Source: Candidatus Limnocylindria bacterium (GTDB lineage: Bacteria; Desulfobacterota; Binatia; DP-6). From it: a stretch of DNA of 64,000 bases. A model generated the notes under the pieces. It ran no database searches. It saw nothing but the letters and a program-made list of their open reading frames with translations, and was not told the origin of the DNA. The stretch lies in contig DATMAZ010000062.1 in NCBI GenBank assembly GCA_035559675.1, positions 10,679-74,678 on the forward strand, in the 5' to 3' direction. A program made the position numbers and the translations under genes. Below, in pieces: positions 58,939 to 64,000 of this stretch. Within the stretch, counting starts at the first letter, position 1. Every line of letters starts with the position of its first letter.

Positions 58939-59653
58939 GGCCGACGGCCTCGTAGAGCGCCGCGACCTCCTTCGCCGAGAGCACCCGCCAGGCGCCGACG
59001 GGCAGCGTCCCGAGCGCGATCGGACCGACGCGCACCCGCACGAGCTTGTCCACGGGATGGCCGAGCGCGTCGCACATGCGGCGCACCTCGCGCCAGCGTC
59101 CCTCGCGCATCTCCACCTCGAGCCAGGTCTTGGTGGCGCGGGTCTCGAGCACCCGCACCCGGCTCGCCGCCGCGCGCCCATCCGCCAGGCGCACGCCCCG
59201 CCGCAGCCGCAGCAACGTCTCGCCGGAGGGGACGCCCTGCACCTTCACGTGGTAGACCCGTGGCACCGCGTAGCGCGGGTGCTGCACGGCTGCCGCCAGC
59301 CGCCCGTCGTTGGTGAGCAGCACCAACCCGGAGCTCTGCAGATCGAGCCGGCCGATCGGATAGACGCGTTCGCGCGCGTCGGCCACCAGCTCCGAGACCG
59401 TCGGCCGCCCCTCGGGGTCGCGCAGCGTGGTCACCACGCCGCGCGGCTTGTGCAGCGCGATCGTGTACGGCGCACGCGGGCGGACCCGCTCGCCGTCGAC
59501 GGCGATCACGTCGGTGAGCGGGTCGGCGCGCGCGCCGAGTTCGCTCACCACCTTGCCGTTCACCGTGACCCGCCCCGTCTCGATCAGGACTTCGGCCGCG
59601 CGGCGCGACGCCACGCCGGCCGCGCTCAGAATCTTCTGGAGCCGCTCGCTCAG
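58757..59653 (-). CDS. rluB: RluB-family pseudouridine synthase (S4 domain plus catalytic domain), probably using a CTG start.
   Basis: The S4 domain reads LSERLQKILSAAGVASRRAAEVLIETGRVTVNGK and the catalytic motif is HKPRGVVTT...GRLD. The first canonical start (GTG at 59614) would truncate the S4 domain. The in-frame CTG at 59651-59653 overlaps the scpB stop as CTGA. The C-terminal Arg/Pro-rich tail overlaps the murJ 3' end. Confidence 0.75.
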   Translation of the reverse strand: MSERLQKILSAAGVASRRAAEVLIETGRVTVNGKVVSELGARADPLTDVIAVDGERVRPRAPYTIALHKPRGVVTTLRDPEGRPTVSELVADARERVYPIGRLDLQSSGLVLLTNDGRLAAAVQHPRYAVPRVYHVKVQGVPSGETLLRLRRGVRLADGRAAASRVRVLETRATKTWLEVEMREGRWREVRRMCDALGHPVDKLVRVRVGPIALGTLPVGAWRVLSAKEVAALYEAVGLTPPGAAAAAARPRRGRGTRADTRRHPPGRARPREPHTGAAPPRGRRGRRAAPPRPPRRP

Positions 59654-60357
59654 CTGTCGTCTCCGGATTCGTCCGGCGCCTCGAAGGCGTCCCCACGCTC
59701 GCCCGCACTGGCCTCCTCGGTCGGCACAACGCCCTCCGAGGTGACCGACAGGTCGGTGGCGCGGAGAATGTCGGCCATCTCACCGAGGTCGCGCAGCGGC
59801 GGCAAGGCGTCGAGGTCGGGCAGCCCGAAGACCTCGAGGAACTCCGGCGTCGTGCCGTAGAGGATCGGCCGTCCCGGCGCGTCCTTGCGGCCGACCATGC
59901 GGATCATGCGGCGCTCGAGCAGCGTGGTGACCACCGCGTCGACGTCCACCCCGCGGATCGCCTCGATCTCCGGACGCGTACAAGGCTGGCGGTAGGCGAT
60001 GATGGCGAGCGTCTCCAGCATCGGCCGCGACAGCCGCGGCGGCTTGCCGCCGAGCAGCCGCCGCACCCACGGGCCGTGCTCCGGCACGGTGCGAATCTGA
60101 TAGCCGCCCGCCACCTCGACCACGCGGAGTCCCCGGCCTTCGCGCTCATAGGTCTCGGCGAGCCGCCGCACGGCGGCGGCAACCTCGCGCCGATCGTGCC
60201 CGTCGAGGGCCTGCACGAGCCGGGCGAGCGGCACCGGTGCGGCCGCCGCGAACAGCAGGCTTTCCACGATCGCTTGGAGCCGGTCCATCACCGGCTGCTC
60301 GTCCGCCGCCTCGTGGTCGGCGCGCGGTTCAATGATCTCGAGAGCGTTGACGTTCAT
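59650..60357 (-). CDS. scpB: Segregation and condensation protein B.
   Basis: Winged-helix repeats are present (IVESLLFAAAAPVPLARL and MLETLAIIAYRQPCTRPEIEAIRGV). Confidence 0.85.
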   Translation of the reverse strand: MNVNALEIIEPRADHEAADEQPVMDRLQAIVESLLFAAAAPVPLARLVQALDGHDRREVAAAVRRLAETYEREGRGLRVVEVAGGYQIRTVPEHGPWVRRLLGGKPPRLSRPMLETLAIIAYRQPCTRPEIEAIRGVDVDAVVTTLLERRMIRMVGRKDAPGRPILYGTTPEFLEVFGLPDLDALPPLRDLGEMADILRATDLSVTSEGVVPTEEASAGERGDAFEAPDESGDDS

Positions 60358-61153
60358 CGTCCTCCCCACTCCTTCCCCAGATCTCGGCATCGGTCAGCTG
60401 CCGGGCGAGCTCCACCGCCTCGCCGAGCGTCTCGGTTGCCAGCCACACGGTGATCTCGCCGAAGCGCTCGCTCTGGCCCGCCCGCACCGCCCGCAGCCGG
60501 ATCAGCTCCAGCAGCGCCAGAAACGTGACGACGATCTCGTCGCGCCCGGCATCCGGCTCGAAGAAGGCGTCGAAGGCCACGCGATTGCCGAGGGCGAAGC
60601 GGGCCAGAATGCGCTGCGCACACTCGCCGACCGAGAGGCCCGCGCGGAAGATCTCGTGCGGCTGCGGCGCCTGCGCCCGCGCCAGCACCGCCCGCAGCGC
60701 GGCGAGCAGGTCGCCCAGCGTGGCATCGCGCACGGGCGGCCCGTCGGTGGCCAGCGTGCTCCGCTCGAGCGGCTCACCCCCACCGCGGAAGACGTCTCGC
60801 TCCAGCACCGGCCGCTCCATCAGCCGCTCGGCCGCCTCGCGGTAGCGCTGGTACTCGAGCAGCTGCTGCACGAGTTCGGCCCGTGGGTCCTCTTCTACCT
60901 CGCCGTCCGCGCCGGGCTCGGGCGGAAGCAGCATCTTGCTCTTGATCAGCATGAGCGTCGCCGCCATCACGAGGTACTCGCCCGCGCCGTCGAGGTTCAG
61001 CTCGGGAAGCTGCTCGAGCGTGGCCAGATACTGATCCGTAATGAGGGCGATCGGGATGTCGGTGATCTGCACCTCGTTGCGCTTGATCAAGTGCAAAAGG
61101 AGGTCGAGCGGCCCTTCGAAGACGTCGAGCTTGACCGGCCAGCTTCCCGTCAT
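60329..61153 (-). CDS. scpA: Segregation and condensation protein A.
   Basis: VKLDVFEGPLDLLLHLIKRNEVQITDIPIALITDQYL is the canonical ScpA N-terminus. Confidence 0.85.
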   Translation of the reverse strand: MTGSWPVKLDVFEGPLDLLLHLIKRNEVQITDIPIALITDQYLATLEQLPELNLDGAGEYLVMAATLMLIKSKMLLPPEPGADGEVEEDPRAELVQQLLEYQRYREAAERLMERPVLERDVFRGGGEPLERSTLATDGPPVRDATLGDLLAALRAVLARAQAPQPHEIFRAGLSVGECAQRILARFALGNRVAFDAFFEPDAGRDEIVVTFLALLELIRLRAVRAGQSERFGEITVWLATETLGEAVELARQLTDAEIWGRSGEDDERQRSRDH

Positions 61154-62136
61154 GCGAGCCCCATCGCGGCGCGCACCTCGGCCATGGTCTCCCGCGCCAC
61201 GGCGCGCGCCCGGGCATTGCCGGCCTCGAGCGCCCGCCAGGCGTCCTCCGGGCGCAGCTTCGCGCGCTGCTCGCGCACCGGCGCCAGCTCCCGCAGCACG
61301 TGTCGGATCGTCACCTGCTTGCACTCGAGGCACCCGATCGAGGCCGTCCGGCAGCCCGCCTCCTGCCAGGCCAGCTCCTCCGGTGTGCAGTACGTCCGAT
61401 GGAAGGACAGATAGGCCGGGCAGTCGTTGGGCTCGCCGGGATCGGTCCGCCGCGCGCGGCGCGGGTCGGTCACCATGCGGGCGAGCTTGCGCTCGATGTC
61501 CGCCGGGTCCTCGGTGAGGTAGATGGCGTTGCCGTAGCTCTTGGACATCTTGCGCCCGTCGGTGCCGACGATCTTCGGCGTCTCGGTGAGCAGCGTCTGC
61601 GGCTCCGGGAAGATGTCGCCGAACAGCCCGTTGAAGCGCCGCACGATCTCGCGTGCGAGCTCGATGTGGGGCGCCTGGTCGATGCCGACGGGCACCGCGG
61701 TGGCCTTGTACAGGAGCACGTCGGCCGCCTGCAGGACGGGATAGGCGAGAAACCCGAGCGTCGAGAGGTCGCGCCCGTCGAGCGCCTCGCGTTGCTCCTT
61801 GTAGGTCGGGTTCCGCTCGAGCCAGGGGACCGGCGTCAGCATGCCGAGGAGCACGAACAGCTCGGCGTGCTCCTGGACGGCCGATTGCTGGAAGAGCACG
61901 CTGCGGGCGGGGTCGATGCCGAGTGCCAGCCAGTCGAGCACCATCTCGACGGTGTTCTCGCGGACCGCCTGGGACTCGGCGTAGTCGGTGGTGAGCGCGT
62001 GCCAGTCGGCGACGAAGAAGAAGCAGTCGTCGGTCTCCTGCAGCGCGAGCCAGTTCTTCAGCGCGCCGTGATAGTTCCCCAGGTGGAGGCGGCCCGTGGG
62101 GCGCGCGCCGCTCACGATCACGCGCCGTCGCGTCAC
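61150..62136 (-). CDS. trpS: Tryptophan--tRNA ligase.
   Basis: HLGNYHGAL is the HIGH motif, KMSKS is present, and the protein has a class I Rossmann fold. The start is assigned to VTRRRVIVSG (GTG). Confidence 0.9.
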   Translation of the reverse strand: MTRRRVIVSGARPTGRLHLGNYHGALKNWLALQETDDCFFFVADWHALTTDYAESQAVRENTVEMVLDWLALGIDPARSVLFQQSAVQEHAELFVLLGMLTPVPWLERNPTYKEQREALDGRDLSTLGFLAYPVLQAADVLLYKATAVPVGIDQAPHIELAREIVRRFNGLFGDIFPEPQTLLTETPKIVGTDGRKMSKSYGNAIYLTEDPADIERKLARMVTDPRRARRTDPGEPNDCPAYLSFHRTYCTPEELAWQEAGCRTASIGCLECKQVTIRHVLRELAPVREQRAKLRPEDAWRALEAGNARARAVARETMAEVRAAMGLA

Positions 62137-62263
62137 CCGGTCCTCCTCCTCCGTGCCGCCACCCTCGCCTCTCCGCCCAGCCGGTAGATACCCCAAGAAT
62201 GCCGCCGACCACAATCGGGCATCTGCGGGAGTCTAGCGGCGCCCCCACCCCCCCGCAACGCGG

Positions 62264-63172
62264 TCACGCGCGCGGATGATGGCGGCGGTGGACGGCGCGC
62301 AGCCGCTCCGGGGCGACGTGCGTGTAGATCTGCGTCGTGCCGACGTCGGCATGCCCGAGCAGCGTCTGGACCACGCGCAGGTCGGCCCCACCCTCCAGTA
62401 GGTCGGTCGCGAAGCTGTGCCGCAACGTGTGGGGCGAGACCCGCGTGCGGACCCCGGCCGCCGCCGCACGCCGCTTCACCAGCTTCCAGACCGTCTGCCG
62501 AGACAGCGGGTGCCCGCCGCGCCGGATGAACACCACGGGCGAGCTGCGCGCGCCCAGCAGCCGCGGGCGTTCGTCGGCGAGGTACGCCATGAGCGCCTCG
62601 CGCGCCGCCGTTCCGATCGGGACCACGCGCTCCTTGCCGCCCTTGCCCACCACCCGGAGGTAGCCGACCTGCAGGTCGAGCTGCTCGAGGCGAAGCGCCG
62701 TCAGCTCGGAGACCCGTAGCCCGCAGCCGTACAGCAGCTCCAGCAGCGCCCGATCCCGCACAACCCGCCGCGCGCCCGGCGGCGTCGTGGTCACCAGCCG
62801 CGCGCTCTCGGCCTGCCCGAGCGCCCCCGGCAGCTTGGCCGGCGCCCGGCGCTGTTTGACGCCCACCAGCGGGTCGTCGGCCACCACCCCTTCGCGCACC
62901 AGGTACTTGAGCCAGCCCCGGATCGCGGCCAGCGCCCGGGCTCGGCTGCGCGCCGAAAGCCCCGCGCGCTCGAGCGCCAGCAGATGGCGGCGCACGTCGG
63001 TGGCTCCGACGTCGGCCGGCCGCCGCACGCCGCGTGCGGCGAGACCGCTCGCGAACGCCGCCAGGTCGCGCCCGTAGGCCACGATGGTGTTCCGCGCGAG
63101 CCCCCGCTCGGCGGCCAGCGAGTCCAGGTAGCCGTCGACGGAGACGTCGATCGCGCGGGTCGCTCGCGCCAT
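62264..63172 (-). CDS. Tyrosine site-specific recombinase of the XerC/XerD family.
   Basis: The R...HxxR...Y catalytic residues are present (GLRVSEL, HTLRHSFATDLLEGGADLRVVQTLLGHADVGTTQIYTHV). Confidence 0.85.
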   Translation of the reverse strand: MARATRAIDVSVDGYLDSLAAERGLARNTIVAYGRDLAAFASGLAARGVRRPADVGATDVRRHLLALERAGLSARSRARALAAIRGWLKYLVREGVVADDPLVGVKQRRAPAKLPGALGQAESARLVTTTPPGARRVVRDRALLELLYGCGLRVSELTALRLEQLDLQVGYLRVVGKGGKERVVPIGTAAREALMAYLADERPRLLGARSSPVVFIRRGGHPLSRQTVWKLVKRRAAAAGVRTRVSPHTLRHSFATDLLEGGADLRVVQTLLGHADVGTTQIYTHVAPERLRAVHRRHHPRA

Positions 63173-63180
63173 CGCCGCCG

Positions 63181-64000
63181 CTACGACGCCGCCGCCTGGG
63201 GCTCGGCCGCTTGCGGCTCGAGCGCCGCCAGCAGCGCCGCGCGGATCTCCTCGAGGCGCGCGGGATCCTCGATCTTCCGGTTTTCGACGTCGGTCACGTA
63301 GAAGACGTCGAACACGCGGTCGTCCATGGTGTTGATCTTCGCCAGGTGGATGTCGACGCCGAGGTGGTAGAAGCAGTTCGTGATCCCGAAGAGCAGCCCC
63401 ACGCGGTCGCCCGTCTCGATGTCGATCACGGTGTAGGATTCGGAGACGCGGTTGTCGACCGCCACGACCGTCGGGATCGGCCGTCGCTTGCGCGTGAACA
63501 GCGCCGGCCGCACCGCTTGCGCCACGAGGCGCTCGACGTCGATCGTGCCGGCGAGCACGCCCCGCAACGTCGCTTCCACGCGCTCCCAGCAACTCGGGTC
63601 CATGCCGGGATGCCAGCGCACCCGAAAGGCGTCGAAGGCGACCGCGTCGCGGCTCGTGATGATGCGCGCGCCGACGACGTCGAGCCCGTGGGTCGCGAGT
63701 GCGCCCGACACCATGGCGAACAGGCCGGGCCGATCGCCCGTGCAGATCGTGAACTCGCAGAACCCCCGGTCGGCGAACTCGGCGAGATCCGTCACCAGCG
63801 CCGAGCGGCCGTCGCTCGCCGCGCGCGCCCGATAGCGCCGCATGAGTGCCACGTGGCGCCTGATCGCGTCCTCGGGCGTCGACAGGAAGTAGCTCTCGGG
63901 CATGACGTCGACGAAGCGCTGCACGGCGTCCCGCTCGGCGGGCGCGGCCGCCCCCACGGTGCGCGCCCGCACGCGCGCGGCGCGCGCCGCGCGGTCCTCG
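63181..64000 (-). CDS. glnD: [Protein-PII] uridylyltransferase GlnD, C-terminal part with tandem ACT domains. The 5' portion lies beyond the window.
   Basis: The minus-strand ORF remains open to the window edge. Twin ACT domains are present (CEFTICTGDRPGLFAMVSGALA and YTVIDIETGDRVGLLFGITNCFYHLGVDIHLAKINT). Confidence 0.75.
   Translation of the reverse strand, partial: EDRAARAARVRARTVGAAAPAERDAVQRFVDVMPESYFLSTPEDAIRRHVALMRRYRARAASDGRSALVTDLAEFADRGFCEFTICTGDRPGLFAMVSGALATHGLDVVGARIITSRDAVAFDAFRVRWHPGMDPSCWERVEATLRGVLAGTIDVERLVAQAVRPALFTRKRRPIPTVVAVDNRVSESYTVIDIETGDRVGLLFGITNCFYHLGVDIHLAKINTMDDRVFDVFYVTDVENRKIEDPARLEEIRAALLAALEPQAAEPQAAAS

Overview
This is a very GC-rich (~70%+) bacterial chromosomal window, most likely from a diderm (lnt, murJ present), possibly Myxococcota-like. 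It is dominated by core housekeeping genes. 

Positions 1-34459 form a single co-directional minus-strand array of about 27 genes. Most neighbours in this array are joined by ATGA, GTGA or TTGA stop/start overlaps. The array holds two family 4 glycosyltransferases, an AlkP-family phosphodiesterase, a DUF151 nuclease with a TPR protein, MoxR and a von Willebrand factor A (VWA) protein, pgsA, hflX, dnaE, guaA, guaB, der, era, rnc, mtaB, mnmA, iscS, cimA, lysC, tsaE, nnr, glmM-cdaR-cdaA, ftsH and tilS. 

Downstream of 34459 the layout is mixed-strand. It contains a crotonase, a lower-GC islet encoding a secreted Cys-rich repeat protein next to a tRNA-Met(CAT) and a PPP-type phosphatase, and a four-gene sigma-54/two-component signalling cassette that includes an unusual degenerate-AAA/histidine-kinase fusion. 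It also contains a coenzyme F420 biosynthesis operon (cofG-cofH-cofD-cofE), an acyl-CoA dehydrogenase, a K+-independent H+-pyrophosphatase, three more tRNAs (Leu-TAA, Cys-GCA, initiator-like Met-CAT), lnt, murJ and the rluB-scpB-scpA-trpS cluster. The window ends with a Xer recombinase gene and the 3' part of glnD. 

The many other long ORFs in the six-frame track are antisense shadow ORFs typical of high-GC DNA. No CRISPR array, rRNA gene or obvious transposase was seen. 

The most interesting features are a switch-like, Shine-Dalgarno-sequestering RNA structure in the guaB leader, the F420 operon, the degenerate AAA-kinase fusion, and the lower-GC tRNA-adjacent islet.
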